DNA from: a virus
Taxonomy: Duplodnaviria; Caudoviricetes
Virus record (IMG/VR): IMGVR_UViG_3300013121_000017
Location: 32,001-96,000 of that record
Direction: 5' to 3' (one strand)
DNA length: 64,000 bases
Position numbers and translations under genes: made by a program
The notes under the pieces: generated by a model
The model's input: the letters and a program-made list of their open reading frames with translations, nothing else
What the model was told of the DNA's origin: nothing
The model's database searches: none
Part shown: in pieces, positions 1 through 10,446 of the stretch
How the letters are laid out: the number at the start of each line of letters is the position of its first letter
Position numbering within the stretch: the first letter of the stretch is position 1

Positions 1-2
1 GG

Positions 3-446
3 GTGTTCAAGTTCAACAAAGAAGGCAAGGGCAGCGTACTGACAGACGCCTTCACCGGCAAGACCGAGAACCTCGGCTGCCACGAAGAGCTTTACGACGT
101 GGAAGAAGGCAAGCCCAGGAGCATGACCGTAAGAGTCAAGCGTCACGGCCTGTCCCTGCGTGAGAAGCTCGCCGTCGTCGCAGAAGCGGCCCTGAAGGAG
201 TTCGGCGAGGATGTGAACCGCTTCTCCCAGTCGCACTACCTTGCGTCAACATACGCCAAGGGAGAGAACGAACCCGACATCGTCATTGATCCGAAGTTCC
301 TGAAGTGGATCGCCGGGGAGACGGCCACGCCGTACCTCGACAAGGACCACAAACTTCAAGTCGCGCCGCCGCACATGACCACGGCCCAGGCCATGCTTGC
401 TTCCGTCCCGGCAAAGGAGAAGAATGAACAGCCCGCTACCAAGTGA
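3..446 (+). CDS. hypothetical protein (probably 5'-truncated by the window edge)
   Basis: Open frame from the window start; its stop overlaps the next gene's start. Confidence 0.6.
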   Translation: MFKFNKEGKGSVLTDAFTGKTENLGCHEELYDVEEGKPRSMTVRVKRHGLSLREKLAVVAEAALKEFGEDVNRFSQSHYLASTYAKGENEPDIVIDPKFLKWIAGETATPYLDKDHKLQVAPPHMTTAQAMLASVPAKEKNEQPATK

Positions 447-786
447 GCTTTGGCAAGCCATGCTGGTGAACCCGATTTGCTTCGTGTTCACCAACCCGCT
501 GTCGAAGCAGAAGACGTACTTCTACATCCACGCTTCGGACAAGCTGCCGTTCCACGAACGGGTCGGCCTCGCCATGAAGGAGCTTGCGCCAAAGATCAAT
601 GCCGTTCACGAAGAGTTGCTCCTCAACGTCATCGGCATCAAGGAACAAGCACAGCCTTCCAAGGAAGTAGATGCCAAGTGGGTCGAGCCGCACCTGATAA
701 AATGCCTTCCGACAAGGCAAGGCAACGGCGTGGTCTGGGAAGGCCCGCTGCATCACACAACCGGCTATTGGAAAGTCACAAAATGA
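424..786 (+). CDS. hypothetical protein
   Basis: ATG at 424 after AAGGAG SD; ATGA overlap with the next gene. Confidence 0.7.
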   Translation: MNSPLPSELWQAMLVNPICFVFTNPLSKQKTYFYIHASDKLPFHERVGLAMKELAPKINAVHEELLLNVIGIKEQAQPSKEVDAKWVEPHLIKCLPTRQGNGVVWEGPLHHTTGYWKVTK

Positions 787-1382
787 CCCAGTACGTCAAG
801 AGCCTACGCACTCCACCCGTCGTGGGGGAAACCTACAAGGTGGAATGCGTCTACGGCAGGCCGTCGAACATTGGGCCTCACCATATCCCCGCAGACTGGT
901 GGCCCGTGTTCACGCCCTCGCACCAAGACTCCATCTACGCCATACGTCACCGGACCCTGTGGAAGGAAACGGAAACGGGGTTTGTCGGCGTGGACGAGGT
1001 CTATTACGAGGACGACCCAAGCACGCCACACCACTACCACATCGACCCGCGTTTCACACCGGAGAGCATGTACACAGCCTACGAGGTACAGCGGAGGAGT
1101 TTTCACTCAACCATCCGGCCAGAGAGCGAGGTCGAAATCAGGGAACTGGTGTGCGTGCGTGAGATGCCCATCCAAGTCCTCTTCACCGGCTTCGGCAAAC
1201 AGTTCGTGGCGGACCACGCCGGCAAAAAGATGAAGGGGTGCGACCGCTGCCCGCACAAGGGTGTGGCCTTGTCGAGCATGCCGGTCGTGGATGGGCGGAT
1301 CACCTGCCCTGCTCATGGACTTCAATTCGACTGCGAGACGAAGGAGTGCGTCTCAAGATGGAGGAACGATGACGATAGGTGA
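783..1382 (+). CDS. protein with C-terminal Rieske-type [2Fe-2S] domain
   Basis: CPHKG...CPAHG ligand pair (C-x-H ... C-x2-H) followed by LQFD; start at 783 overlaps the upstream stop. Confidence 0.75.
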   Translation: MTQYVKSLRTPPVVGETYKVECVYGRPSNIGPHHIPADWWPVFTPSHQDSIYAIRHRTLWKETETGFVGVDEVYYEDDPSTPHHYHIDPRFTPESMYTAYEVQRRSFHSTIRPESEVEIRELVCVREMPIQVLFTGFGKQFVADHAGKKMKGCDRCPHKGVALSSMPVVDGRITCPAHGLQFDCETKECVSRWRNDDDR

Positions 1383-1584
1383 CCTGAAGTGTCATTTCAA
1401 AAACAAGAACCATCTGAACCAGATGATCGAGCGGTTCGGCGAGCGTGACGCGGCGCATCGGCTGGCGTGGCTACATGACTGTTCGGTGGAGGAAGCGGAA
1501 ACGCTGATCTGTCAATTCTTGACAGACGACTACGTCGATGACAAGGGCGTGAAGGGCGGTGACTTCTTCTGGGGCGACCTCTAA
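1369..1584 (+). CDS. hypothetical protein
   Basis: GGAGG SD before ATG 1369; overlaps the previous gene end. Confidence 0.6.
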   Translation: MTIGDLKCHFKNKNHLNQMIERFGERDAAHRLAWLHDCSVEEAETLICQFLTDDYVDDKGVKGGDFFWGDL

Positions 1585-1629
1585 TGGCACGGTCTTTGCA
1601 ATGACATCTATCGGAAAGGTAGGTGCAAC

Positions 1630-1863
1630 ATGTATTGCAAGCAACTCAGAACGCTACCCATGATTGCGACCGACTGGCAGATGTACGCCACATGCCCGAA
1701 CTGCGGCTTCTACGACGAGAAAACCGGCCAATGTCATGACCACCGCCGGCCAAACTACGACTCGCCGTGCCAGTTCGAGGTCACTGGCGGCAAGCTCAAG
1801 ACAAAGCTCATTCCGGCCACGCCGATCCGCATCGAAGAAGTTGTGTCTGCTCCGCACATGTAG
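1630..1863 (+). CDS. small Cys-rich (zinc-ribbon-like) protein
   Basis: CPNCG and further Cys/His residues; AGGTAGGTG SD. Confidence 0.6.
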   Translation: MYCKQLRTLPMIATDWQMYATCPNCGFYDEKTGQCHDHRRPNYDSPCQFEVTGGKLKTKLIPATPIRIEEVVSAPHM

Positions 1864-1867
1864 TGTG

Positions 1868-1914
1868 CGGAAACGAAAGAAGCGGGTCATTGCGACCCGC
1901 TTCTTTCGTTTCCG
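1868..1914. terminator. perfect 21-bp inverted repeat, probable bidirectional terminator
   Basis: CGGAAACGAAAGAAGCGGGTC-attgc-GACCCGCTTCTTTCGTTTCCG between convergent genes. Confidence 0.8.
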
Positions 1915-1926
1915 ACTCGGCCTTCC

Positions 1927-2034
1927 TCACTTCTTCGGAGTGGCGGACTTCTTCTCCGCAGCCTTCTTGCCCTTGTCGGCCTTCGGCTTCTTCTTGGCCT
2001 TGTCGTTCTTCTGGCTGTTGTTGCCCTTACCCAT
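1927..2034 (-). CDS. 35-aa lysine-rich basic peptide (not in the ORF track)
   Basis: MGKGNNSQKNDKAKKKPKADKGKKAAEKKSATPKK; AAGGAG SD, own promoter and terminator. Confidence 0.75.
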   Translation of the reverse strand: MGKGNNSQKNDKAKKKPKADKGKKAAEKKSATPKK

Positions 2035-2087
2035 GACTGTCTCCTTCTTTGGTTGTGAACCCGCACATCGCGGGAATCGTTTAGGAT

Positions 2088-2116
2088 AGTATAGACACGT
2101 CCTTCTTCACCGTCAA
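2088..2116 (-). promoter_or_regulatory. sigma70-type promoter for the basic peptide
   Basis: TTGACG-N17-TATACT on the minus strand. Confidence 0.7.
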
Positions 2117-2128
2117 TTCACATCGCCT

Positions 2129-3388
2129 TCAAATTTCGATCAAACCCGGCGACCGCCCATCGAACTTGACGAGGTCAGCCTTGACGTAGACGATGTTGTG
2201 CAGCTTGTGCCAATCGCTCGGGAAGTAGTTCTTGACGCGGCTCATCTGGAACCGCACCGGCGTGTTGATGAAGCGAGCCTGATCGTTCTTCGTGTAGTAC
2301 CAGAAGCTGTTGCTGTTCCAGAAGCTGACGTGCGTCGGGTCTTGGAACGCACCACGCCCGTCCGTTGACGGCGTGTTCGTCAAGAACCAGCCGTTCGGTG
2401 CTAGAACGCGGTACGCTTCCTTCATGACGTGGATCGGGTCTTTCAGATGCTCCAGGGCGTCCGAGGCTCGAATGACGCCCACGCTGCCGTCCTTGAACGG
2501 CCACGTCGCATTGAGGTCGGCGGTGATGTCACCGTTGAGAACGTCCACGCTCTCGAACCCCTGCGGCTTGTTGTGACCGCCGCACAGGTCGAGCTTGCGG
2601 AGCTTGTTGGTCGTGGCCCACTTCAACGTCAACGCTTCGATGTACTTGTCGTGCAGCATCAGGGTGTCTTCTTGAATCTTCGCGTTCAACTCGCCGTAGC
2701 AGGTGTTGTCCTTGTGCAAATGATAAACGTAGAGTGCCTTGTCGATCTGGTGCATCTTGCCGTGAATGTACGTCCGGCAAAGGATGTCTTGATCGTCCAG
2801 AACCTTCAGATCGGGATTGTGACCGCCGATCTCGTTGTAGAACTGTGTCCGCCATGCCCTGAAATGATTCGGGGCGTACCAGATTTTGCTGATTGATCTT
2901 GGGTCTGCTGGGAACGACTTGATTGCAATAAGTCCGCGACCCTTGTAGGTACAGGGTTGTGTCTCCCACCCCCACACCTTGTCGAAAAGACGACACTCCC
3001 AGTCATCGCGGACTTCCAGGGTGTTCGAGTATGCAAAGTCAACATCGGGATCTTTGAAGGCTGCGACACATTCTTCACAAGCCTCGGGAAAAAGCTCATC
3101 ATCGTGATCGACCTCCATCAGAACTTCGCCCGTTGCTTTCGAGCAGGCGAACTTCTTCAGGAAACCGATGTTGGATGAGTCGTTGGTCGGGAAGACCTTG
3201 ACGCGGTCGTCTTTGAAGTCCGGGCATGAGCCGCCGTTGTTTGGAACGACGACCCATTCCCAGTTGGTGTAGGTTTGGAGCTTGAGCGATTCGTACAACC
3301 GCTCAAGATGCCCCTCTGTGTTGGCGAGCTTGTGGGTTGGTGTGAAAACAGAGATCTTCATGATCTCATTATAGTTCTCAGGCTCCAA
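2129..3388 (-). CDS. family 2 glycosyltransferase fused to a class I SAM methyltransferase domain
   Basis: ISVFTPT...[11 protein letters not shown]...EVDHDD (GT2); LDLCGG...LEHL...RVLAPNG...DPTHV (methyltransferase). Confidence 0.85.
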   Translation of the reverse strand: MEPENYNEIMKISVFTPTHKLANTEGHLERLYESLKLQTYTNWEWVVVPNNGGSCPDFKDDRVKVFPTNDSSNIGFLKKFACSKATGEVLMEVDHDDELFPEACEECVAAFKDPDVDFAYSNTLEVRDDWECRLFDKVWGWETQPCTYKGRGLIAIKSFPADPRSISKIWYAPNHFRAWRTQFYNEIGGHNPDLKVLDDQDILCRTYIHGKMHQIDKALYVYHLHKDNTCYGELNAKIQEDTLMLHDKYIEALTLKWATTNKLRKLDLCGGHNKPQGFESVDVLNGDITADLNATWPFKDGSVGVIRASDALEHLKDPIHVMKEAYRVLAPNGWFLTNTPSTDGRGAFQDPTHVSFWNSNSFWYYTKNDQARFINTPVRFQMSRVKNYFPSDWHKLHNIVYVKADLVKFDGRSPGLIEI

Positions 3389-6068
3389 CCCCTCCGTTCA
3401 ACTTCTTGACTAGCTTGGCCAAACGAGTGATGGCATCCGGCCAATCCTCGGGCGGCGGATGGGACCAATCTGCTGCATCGAACACCGGCGATTCCGCCAT
3501 CGCTGGTGGGGCAACAATGACCGTACTGCCTTGTGGCCCCTGTGGACCTTCAGCACCTTGATCACCCTGGCTGCCCTGCGGACCCTGCTGGCCATCTGCA
3601 CCTTGATCGCCCTGGAAGCCCTGGAAACCCTGGCTGCCTGCCGCACCCTGATCGCCTTGCGGACCCTGCGGACCTTGCGAACCATCATTGCCAGCCGCGC
3701 CCTGCGGACCCTGCGCACCCTGATCGCCCTGTGGCCCAGTTCCGCTGCCTTGCCCACCAGAAGCCCCCTGGAAACCTTGCGATCCCTGCGAGCCTTGTGT
3801 ACCTTGTGTGCCAGTGCCAGTCGTTCCTTGATTGCCTTGCGAACCCTGACTGCCTTGGAACCCTTGGAAGCCCTGCCGCCCCTGGTTACCCTGGTTACCC
3901 TGAGAACCCTGAGAACCCTGAGAGCCTTGTGTGCCAGTCGTTCCCTGATTTCCCTGCGTTCCTTGGAAGCCCTGGTTGCCTTGACTGCCCTGCGATCCCT
4001 GCGTGCCAGCACCGCCGGCAGCCCCTTGCTGACCCTGCGTTCCCTGGAATCCTTGCTGACCTTGATTGCCTTGCGAACCTTGAGTTCCCTGCGATCCCTG
4101 TGATCCCTGCGATCCCTGCGTGCCAGTACCGCCGGCAGCCCCTTGCTGACCCTGTGTTCCTTGGAAACCTTGCTGCCCTTGGTTGCCCTGCGAACCTTGA
4201 GTTCCCTGCGAACCTTGGCTGCCCTGAGTTCCTTGCGTACCGCTACCGCCGGCAGAGCCTTGCTGACCCTGCGTTCCTTGGAAGCCTTGCTGGCCCTGGT
4301 TGCCCTGCGTTCCTTGGAAGCCTTGCTGGCCTTGACTGCCCTGAGAACCTTGCGTACCGCCGCCACCGGCAGCCCCTTGCTGCCCCTGCGTTCCCTGGAA
4401 GCCTTGCTGGCCTTGCTGACCTTGCTGGCCTTGAGAACCCTGCGACCCCTGGCTGCCTTGTGTGCCTACACCAATAGTTCCTTGGTTACCTTGATTACCT
4501 TGATTACCTTGGTTACCTTGCGGCCCCTTGATGTTGCCGACGAGCGAGCCAGGAACGCTTGCTCCCGTGTACTGGAACACATCACCTGTTGCTGGATCAA
4601 TGGCAAGGTCGCCATTGATCGATGCAGAGGTGGAGCCGCCAGTGCCTGAGATCGTTTGCGAACCACGGCTGCCCTGGTAGCCTTGACCGCCTTGTGGACC
4701 TTGTGAGCCAATGGGGCTACCGTTGAAACTCAACGTGCCGCCACTGTTCGAGAGCGGAACACCGCTCAGGTAAATGGTCGCGCCCTGAACATAGATTGCG
4801 GCCCACTGCTTGGTAGCCGAGCCGAGGTTGTATGTGTTGTCAGTCGCCGGAAGGATGTCTTGTGCGACAGCACTAAGGTTTACACCAGACCCTTGGCTGC
4901 CCTGTGAGCCTGCCGAACCCTGTGATCCTTGGTTGCCTTGGCTACCTTGCACGCCTTGGGAACCCTGCGATCCTTGGCTGCCCTGAGTTCCTTGCGTACC
5001 GCTGCCACCGGCAGAGCCTTGCTGACCCTGTGTTCCCTGGAACCCTTGCTGGCCCTGGTTGCCCTGCGATCCTTGCGAACCTTGCGACCCCTGCGAGCCT
5101 TGAGTTCCCTGCGTACCAGCACCGCCGGCAGCACCTTGGTTGCCCTGCGTTCCCTGGAACCCTTGCTGACCTTGATTGCCCTGCGATCCTTGCGAGCCTT
5201 GCGAACCCTGACTGCCTTGACTGCCCTGAGTTCCTTGCGTACCGCTGCCACCGGCAGAGCCTTGCTGACCCTGTGTTCCCTGGAACCCTTGCTGACCTTG
5301 ATTGCCCTGCGATCCTTGCGAGCCTTGGCTACCTTGTGAGCCTTGGCTGCCCTGCGATCCTTGCGTACCAGCACCGCCGGCAGCACCTTGGTTGCCCTGC
5401 GTTCCCTGAAAGCCTTGATTGCCTTGGTTGCCTTGCGAACCTTGCGAACCTTGCGAACCTTGCGAACCCTGACTGCCTTGCGAGCCTTGAGTTCCCTGCG
5501 TACCAGTGCCGCCTTGATTGCCTTGTGTTCCCTGGAAACCTTGGTTCCCTTGGTTCCCCTGGTTGCCCTGAGTTCCCTGGAACCCCTGCGAGCCTTGACT
5601 GCCCTGGCTGCCCTGCGAACCTTGAGTTCCCTGCGAACCCTGAACACCGGCAGCACCTTGGTTACCTTGAGTTCCCTGGTTACCTTGGAATCCTTGCTGC
5701 CCCTGGAATCCCTGATGTCCTTGGTAGCCCTGATGTCCTTGGTAGCCCTGATGTCCCTGGTAACCTTGATCGCCTTGATACCCTTGGTTTCCCTGGTAGC
5801 CTTGCGGTCCTTGATACCCTTGGTTTCCCTGGTAACCCTGATCACCTTGGTAACCCTGATCACCTTGATAGCCCTGATGACCTTGGTATCCTTGATGGCC
5901 CTGGTATCCCTGATCCCCTTGATGACCTTGGTATCCCTGATGGCCCTGGTAGCCTTGAACCTGTGATCCGGCGATGGTGATGTTGGTGATACCGCGCACG
6001 ACGCAAAAGCGATCCGCTGGATCGATTGCACCGCCGTCAGCAAAGTCTGAGATTTTCTGATTGGCCAT
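3378..6068 (-). CDS. collagen-like (Gly-X-Gln) fibre protein
   Basis: Long G-X-Q triplet tracts; central [18 protein letters not shown] phage-fibre motif; MANQKISD N-terminus. Confidence 0.85.
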   Translation of the reverse strand: MANQKISDFADGGAIDPADRFCVVRGITNITIAGSQVQGYQGHQGYQGHQGDQGYQGHQGYQGHQGYQGDQGYQGDQGYQGNQGYQGPQGYQGNQGYQGDQGYQGHQGYQGHQGYQGHQGFQGQQGFQGNQGTQGNQGAAGVQGSQGTQGSQGSQGSQGSQGFQGTQGNQGNQGNQGFQGTQGNQGGTGTQGTQGSQGSQGSQGSQGSQGSQGNQGNQGFQGTQGNQGAAGGAGTQGSQGSQGSQGSQGSQGSQGNQGQQGFQGTQGQQGSAGGSGTQGTQGSQGSQGSQGSQGSQGNQGQQGFQGTQGNQGAAGGAGTQGTQGSQGSQGSQGSQGNQGQQGFQGTQGQQGSAGGSGTQGTQGSQGSQGSQGVQGSQGNQGSQGSAGSQGSQGSGVNLSAVAQDILPATDNTYNLGSATKQWAAIYVQGATIYLSGVPLSNSGGTLSFNGSPIGSQGPQGGQGYQGSRGSQTISGTGGSTSASINGDLAIDPATGDVFQYTGASVPGSLVGNIKGPQGNQGNQGNQGNQGTIGVGTQGSQGSQGSQGQQGQQGQQGFQGTQGQQGAAGGGGTQGSQGSQGQQGFQGTQGNQGQQGFQGTQGQQGSAGGSGTQGTQGSQGSQGTQGSQGNQGQQGFQGTQGQQGAAGGTGTQGSQGSQGSQGTQGSQGNQGQQGFQGTQGQQGAAGGAGTQGSQGSQGNQGFQGTQGNQGTTGTQGSQGSQGSQGNQGNQGRQGFQGFQGSQGSQGNQGTTGTGTQGTQGSQGSQGFQGASGGQGSGTGPQGDQGAQGPQGAAGNDGSQGPQGPQGDQGAAGSQGFQGFQGDQGADGQQGPQGSQGDQGAEGPQGPQGSTVIVAPPAMAESPVFDAADWSHPPPEDWPDAITRLAKLVKKLNGGVGA

Positions 6069-6815
6069 TTATCTCCTGGCCGTGTTCTTCTCGAATGTCA
6101 CAAGGTAATGCTTCAAGGTCGGAGCCAACTTCTCCCACCCCGCGTAGAACTTGTTCCAGGCTTCGATAAGATCGGCATGCTTATCAGAGTCCTTGCACTT
6201 CTGGACTAGCTCATCCACCTGCGGGAAAATCTTGTAGGCGTCCTTCATCCGCATGATGTTGGTCTGGTAGTTGACGACGTGCGGCTTTGAAGACTCGTTC
6301 ATGTGCAGGAACTGTCGGAAGTTCAACCACAGCTTCGCAAGCGATCTGCACGGCTTGTCAAGCCATACAAACAGATCGGCGCACATATCAAGAAGCGTCT
6401 CCATTGAGTCTGCGTCATGCTCGTAGGTGACGTTGAACCTCTTGCGAGCTTCTTCTGGCGACATGTATCCCGGTGTACCCTGAGCGTCCACCCTCGCCTT
6501 GCCGTCCTTCCTCCGGTCGAGGAGTGCGCCATCGAGGCCGGGCTTGCCTGCATACTGCGGGTATCTCCTTGGGTCCGGCGGGCTGATCAGGAGAGAGATC
6601 TTCTGAATCAGCGTGGCGTCTTCGGCTTCCCATTCGTGAGGCGTGTTACTCACAGTTGACGCGGTTCCGCCGCCCGGCGTGGTGTTCTGGGCGTGACGCG
6701 ACACCATCTGGTCAGTGCGGCTGCCTGATTGTGCTTTGTCAACCCATACAGCCGTAGCGTCAGGATCTTCCTCACGACGGTTCAGGTCTTCCAGCCATTT
6801 TTTGAAGCCATTCAT
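6069..6815 (-). CDS. hypothetical protein with capsid-targeting-like leader
   Basis: MNGFKKWLED; TAGATA 6 nt upstream. Confidence 0.7.
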   Translation of the reverse strand: MNGFKKWLEDLNRREEDPDATAVWVDKAQSGSRTDQMVSRHAQNTTPGGGTASTVSNTPHEWEAEDATLIQKISLLISPPDPRRYPQYAGKPGLDGALLDRRKDGKARVDAQGTPGYMSPEEARKRFNVTYEHDADSMETLLDMCADLFVWLDKPCRSLAKLWLNFRQFLHMNESSKPHVVNYQTNIMRMKDAYKIFPQVDELVQKCKDSDKHADLIEAWNKFYAGWEKLAPTLKHYLVTFEKNTARR

Positions 6816-6821
6816 GAAAGG

Positions 6822-6856
6822 TATCTATTGACAAGAAGGCCAGAACGGACGATATA
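6822..6856. promoter_or_regulatory. back-to-back promoters: TAGATA (minus) and TTGACA-N17-GATATA (plus)
   Basis: TATCTA at 6822-6827 directly abuts TTGACA at 6828-6833. Confidence 0.55.
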
Positions 6857-6885
6857 GGATGCAGGAACTTCAACCGGAGGAAAAC

Positions 6886-7377
6886 ATGAGCAAAATCGAC
6901 ACGGCTGACATTCGGAAAACCAACAAGACGGACCCTTCTTTGGTGAAGAAGGGCGACCTGATGGCCATCACCTACTACGTCAAAGTTGAAGACGTGCGTC
7001 GAAATGGCGAGCAGCTTTCCGTCCGCGATGTAGTCGGCGACACCGGCGGCATCGATGTGAATGGCAAGAGTCTGATCGTGAACGCTCTCTCCGCTGACCA
7101 AGCTGCCGAGACGGTGAAGGTCACGAAGACACAGTGCGCACAACTTCTGATCGAGTCCACGAACAGACCGTTCACGGTCGTGTTCGAGAAGCAGGATGGC
7201 CAGGAGAGAACGCTTCGCGGTCGTCTCATCAGCCACGAAGCACTCCTGGGCCGTTCGATGGTCGAAGATCTCGACATCGACCAGAACGACAAGAAGGGCC
7301 GCACCCGTCTTGTCGATCACCGGACACTGAAGTCGCTGACCGTGGACGGCGTCAAGTACGAGATCAAGGACAAATAA
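6886..7377 (+). CDS. hypothetical protein, possible Sm-like/SH3 beta-barrel domain
   Basis: GGAGG SD; FTVVFEKQDGQERTLRG resembles phage WYL_2/DUF2693-type proteins. Confidence 0.55.
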   Translation: MSKIDTADIRKTNKTDPSLVKKGDLMAITYYVKVEDVRRNGEQLSVRDVVGDTGGIDVNGKSLIVNALSADQAAETVKVTKTQCAQLLIESTNRPFTVVFEKQDGQERTLRGRLISHEALLGRSMVEDLDIDQNDKKGRTRLVDHRTLKSLTVDGVKYEIKDK

Positions 7378-7469
7378 CCCGAAGAGTCACGTCGCCGAAA
7401 AGGCGTGAGGTGTGGACGCGGGGGAGGTCAGAGTGATCTCCCCCTGAGAGAAGCACGATAGGGAGCGAA

Positions 7470-8540
7470 TCAAGCCGGGCGAGCAGCCCGGCTTTTTGCT
7501 TTTGCATACTCCGTCAAATCAACCATCCGGCCCGTCTTACCGAGATGGTGTGGGCTGTAGGCCAATCCCACATCCAGATTGACGGCTTTGTTTTCCGCAT
7601 AGAAGCTCGGCAAGAACTCACCAAACAATCGCGTATGTCCGTGGGCGACCATCGTCGCACCCGGAGCGAAATACTCGATGTGACTTGGGATGTTCTTCTG
7701 ATTGTCTTCCCAGTAACGGCCCGATGTCAGTACGCCCCAAAGGTCAAAAGCCGGCGCACAGCTTGGGTGTAACATGATGCCCGTCGTGGCGTGATTGGCC
7801 TTCTCCATCGGTGTTCCCTCGAACTCCTCGGCAACACGTTCGAGGTACTTGTAGGCCCGATGAGAATCACAATGCTGAAACAGCACGTTGTTCTTCTTGA
7901 ACATTGCCGGCCACGTTACAGCCCAGGTCATGAGTTCCTTCGACTCGGTCACCAACAGCAAATCTTCGAGGTTCATGCCGTTGTAAAGCATGTCGCCGAT
8001 CTGGTCTTGGAAAACGCGAAGTTCTCGCTGCTCATCCGGCAGCATGTTCTCATCAATGCCTTGCGGCTTTGGAAGTTCAGGCTGCTGTGCGTAGGTGAGT
8101 ATGACATTCATGGCCTCGCCGTTCTTGGTATAGCGTGCCATCTTGTACGATGCGGGATCGGCAGACGACATCTCAAAGAACTTCTTGCGGTCGTGCATTT
8201 CATTCTTCGGGATCAGAGCCGCAAACCGTTCACGCAGTTCTGGCCTACGGATCAAGAAGACAGCACAGTTGAGGAAGCCAACGTCATGATTCCCCATCGT
8301 GACAACTACCTCGCCCTTCTTCTGCTCGGCCTGGAGCTTCAGGTCATATACCTTTTTCATGACCTCGTAGCCTTGTGGGCCACGGTCGGTAAGGTCGCCA
8401 ATCAAGACGAGGGTTCCGTTCCTCGCTTTCCAGTCGCCGTTGCCGTCAACGACGCCTTTCTCTTCGAGGTTGATGACCATTTCATCGAGCATGCCGTGAA
8501 TATCACCTATGGCATGAAGGGTGGGCTTTTTCTTTCTCAC
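7470..8540 (-). CDS. calcineurin-like metallophosphoesterase (PPP/Shelph-like)
   Basis: IGDIHG, IGDLTDRG, GNHD, HGHT motifs. Confidence 0.9.
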   Translation of the reverse strand: MRKKKPTLHAIGDIHGMLDEMVINLEEKGVVDGNGDWKARNGTLVLIGDLTDRGPQGYEVMKKVYDLKLQAEQKKGEVVVTMGNHDVGFLNCAVFLIRRPELRERFAALIPKNEMHDRKKFFEMSSADPASYKMARYTKNGEAMNVILTYAQQPELPKPQGIDENMLPDEQRELRVFQDQIGDMLYNGMNLEDLLLVTESKELMTWAVTWPAMFKKNNVLFQHCDSHRAYKYLERVAEEFEGTPMEKANHATTGIMLHPSCAPAFDLWGVLTSGRYWEDNQKNIPSHIEYFAPGATMVAHGHTRLFGEFLPSFYAENKAVNLDVGLAYSPHHLGKTGRMVDLTEYAKAKSRAARPA

Positions 8541-8557
8541 GATTCTCCTTTACTGAC

Positions 8558-9304
8558 ATGATTATCGTCACCGGCTCGAACGGCCTCCTGGGATCTGCTC
8601 TTCGTAAGAGAGTGGGGGCCAACCCCAACTACATCTGGGCCACCCGTCAACATTTTAACATCGAAGACGAGAACGCCACAAAAGACTTCATCACACCGAT
8701 CCTGAAGGCACACCCAGGTGACGTGGTTGTTGTCCATCTCGCCGCATACACGGCCACTAGCAGGGCTGAAGTCGAGCGAGAGAAGTGCTACCGAGCCAAT
8801 GTGGTAGGTACACGCAATATCGCCAAAGTCAGCCCGTTCATGTTGTATGTTTCAACCGATCATGTCTTCGACGGTACTAAGGGCAATTACAACGAAGGCG
8901 ACGAGCCGTGTCCCTGGAATCACTACGGGTGGACCAAGTTAATGGGTGAGCGTGAAGCTCTGTTGGCGGGAGCGGAACGATGTGCTGAAAGCGGCGACAA
9001 ATGGGGTTCTATGACCCGCATCATTCGCTGTACATTCCGTCCGAAGCCATTTCCGTATCCCGTCGCTTGGAATGACGTGTTCACGACCGCTATGTGGGTT
9101 GAAGACATGTCAGAGGCACTTGAATGGTGCATCAACAACCTCATCCGCCTCCCGCCCGTCCTCCACATCGGCGGCAAAAAGCAGGACTACCACTCGTTTG
9201 CTGTCGAAAACGGCCCGGTCACTGCTGGACCAGCCCCGTCTGGGTTCCCCAAAGACCTCTCACTCGACTCGTCCAATTATACACGCCTCAGAGGGAAGTT
9301 GTAA
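8558..9304 (+). CDS. rmlD: dTDP-4-dehydrorhamnose reductase-like SDR
   Basis: TGSNGLLG, HLAAYT, YVSTDHVFDG, YGWTK motifs. Confidence 0.8.
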   Translation: MIIVTGSNGLLGSALRKRVGANPNYIWATRQHFNIEDENATKDFITPILKAHPGDVVVVHLAAYTATSRAEVEREKCYRANVVGTRNIAKVSPFMLYVSTDHVFDGTKGNYNEGDEPCPWNHYGWTKLMGEREALLAGAERCAESGDKWGSMTRIIRCTFRPKPFPYPVAWNDVFTTAMWVEDMSEALEWCINNLIRLPPVLHIGGKKQDYHSFAVENGPVTAGPAPSGFPKDLSLDSSNYTRLRGKL

Positions 9305-9381
9305 ACCCCTGATGACGTGTTTCACTATGGAAATCATGGTAGTTTTTCGTTAAGATGAAGGCAATCAAGGGGTAGAAGACC

Positions 9382-9867
9382 ATGAAGATCACAAAGATCA
9401 TCTCGGGCGGTCAAAACGGGTCGGATCAAGCTGCTCTTCGCGCTGCCAAAGCACTTGGCTTTCCGACAGGCGGTTGGATGCCGAACGGCTGGCAGACCCT
9501 CGACGGTCCACGCCCCGAGTTCGAGGAAATGTACGGCATGAAGGAATGCTATGCCGGTTACAAGGCCCGCACCGAGGCCAACGTCATCGACTCCGACGCC
9601 ACACTCCTCTTCGCCTCCGACTTCAAGTCTCCGGGCGAACGCTGCACATTCAACGCCATCCGCAAGTTCCAGAAGCCCTATTTCAAAGTCCACCCAACTG
9701 AAGACAAGCTCGAAGAAGCCCTGGCATGGCTACGATGGGTCGAGGGGTCTGTGCTAAATGTGGCCGGCAATAGTGAATCAACCTCCCCAGGCATTGGCGA
9801 ACAAGCCTACCTATTCCTGTTCACGCTCTTTGAACGTCATCGAATAATGGTTGGCGACGGTAAATAA
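9382..9867 (+). CDS. putative molybdenum-carrier / SLOG-family protein
   Basis: IISGGQNGSDQAALRAA...GGWMP...RTEANVIDSDATL...LNVAG. Confidence 0.8.
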   Translation: MKITKIISGGQNGSDQAALRAAKALGFPTGGWMPNGWQTLDGPRPEFEEMYGMKECYAGYKARTEANVIDSDATLLFASDFKSPGERCTFNAIRKFQKPYFKVHPTEDKLEEALAWLRWVEGSVLNVAGNSESTSPGIGEQAYLFLFTLFERHRIMVGDGK

Positions 9868-9882
9868 AGGCTGAGGAGGAAT

Positions 9883-10434
9883 GTGTCTGACGAATTCACA
9901 ACATTAAACGTTGGGGCCGGCGGCAGTACGATGGACGAGACGGGAGTTGTATTCCCGACGAGTCCGACAGATCGTAAGCGGCCCCGCGTCGTCATCGGCG
10001 GCGACACTCCAGAATCTCTCGTACCTGTAATCAACGCAGACCCAGCCGCAGATGCCTATGGTGCTGTCGTTCGCAACATCGTCGGCAAAGAACACCCCGG
10101 CACAGCCCTGTGGGAGTGCGGCACAGTCACCCTGGTTCCGGTCGGCCCCGAATCAACAGTCGCAACTTACACCGTTCCAGCAAACAAGACTCTCTACGTC
10201 GCCAGCTTCTATGTTTCCGGCGATGTGAACGCACGGTTTTGCTTCTACTACGGCAGCAGCCAAATCATCATCGTTCGCACGTCTGTGGCCAAACTATCCG
10301 AGTCGGTCTTATTCAGTGTCGTCCGGCCAGCCATTCCAAGCGGTTCAACCGTCACCATCAAAGTCCTACACGGGGCGACAGGCATCCAGGCTAATTTTGA
10401 AGCGACCATTCTCGGCTATCTGGTAGACTCGTAA
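9883..10434 (+). CDS. putative virion beta-rich structural protein
   Basis: TAAATA and GAGGAGG upstream; C-terminal domain resembles that of 12864-14291 (YTV...KTLY). Confidence 0.5.
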   Translation: MSDEFTTLNVGAGGSTMDETGVVFPTSPTDRKRPRVVIGGDTPESLVPVINADPAADAYGAVVRNIVGKEHPGTALWECGTVTLVPVGPESTVATYTVPANKTLYVASFYVSGDVNARFCFYYGSSQIIIVRTSVAKLSESVLFSVVRPAIPSGSTVTIKVLHGATGIQANFEATILGYLVDS

Positions 10435-10446
10435 CTAAGGTAGCAC

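Noticed and set aside
3410-6043. Long alternative-frame ORFs over the collagen gene
   Set aside because: Artefacts of 9-bp periodic, stop-poor repeats
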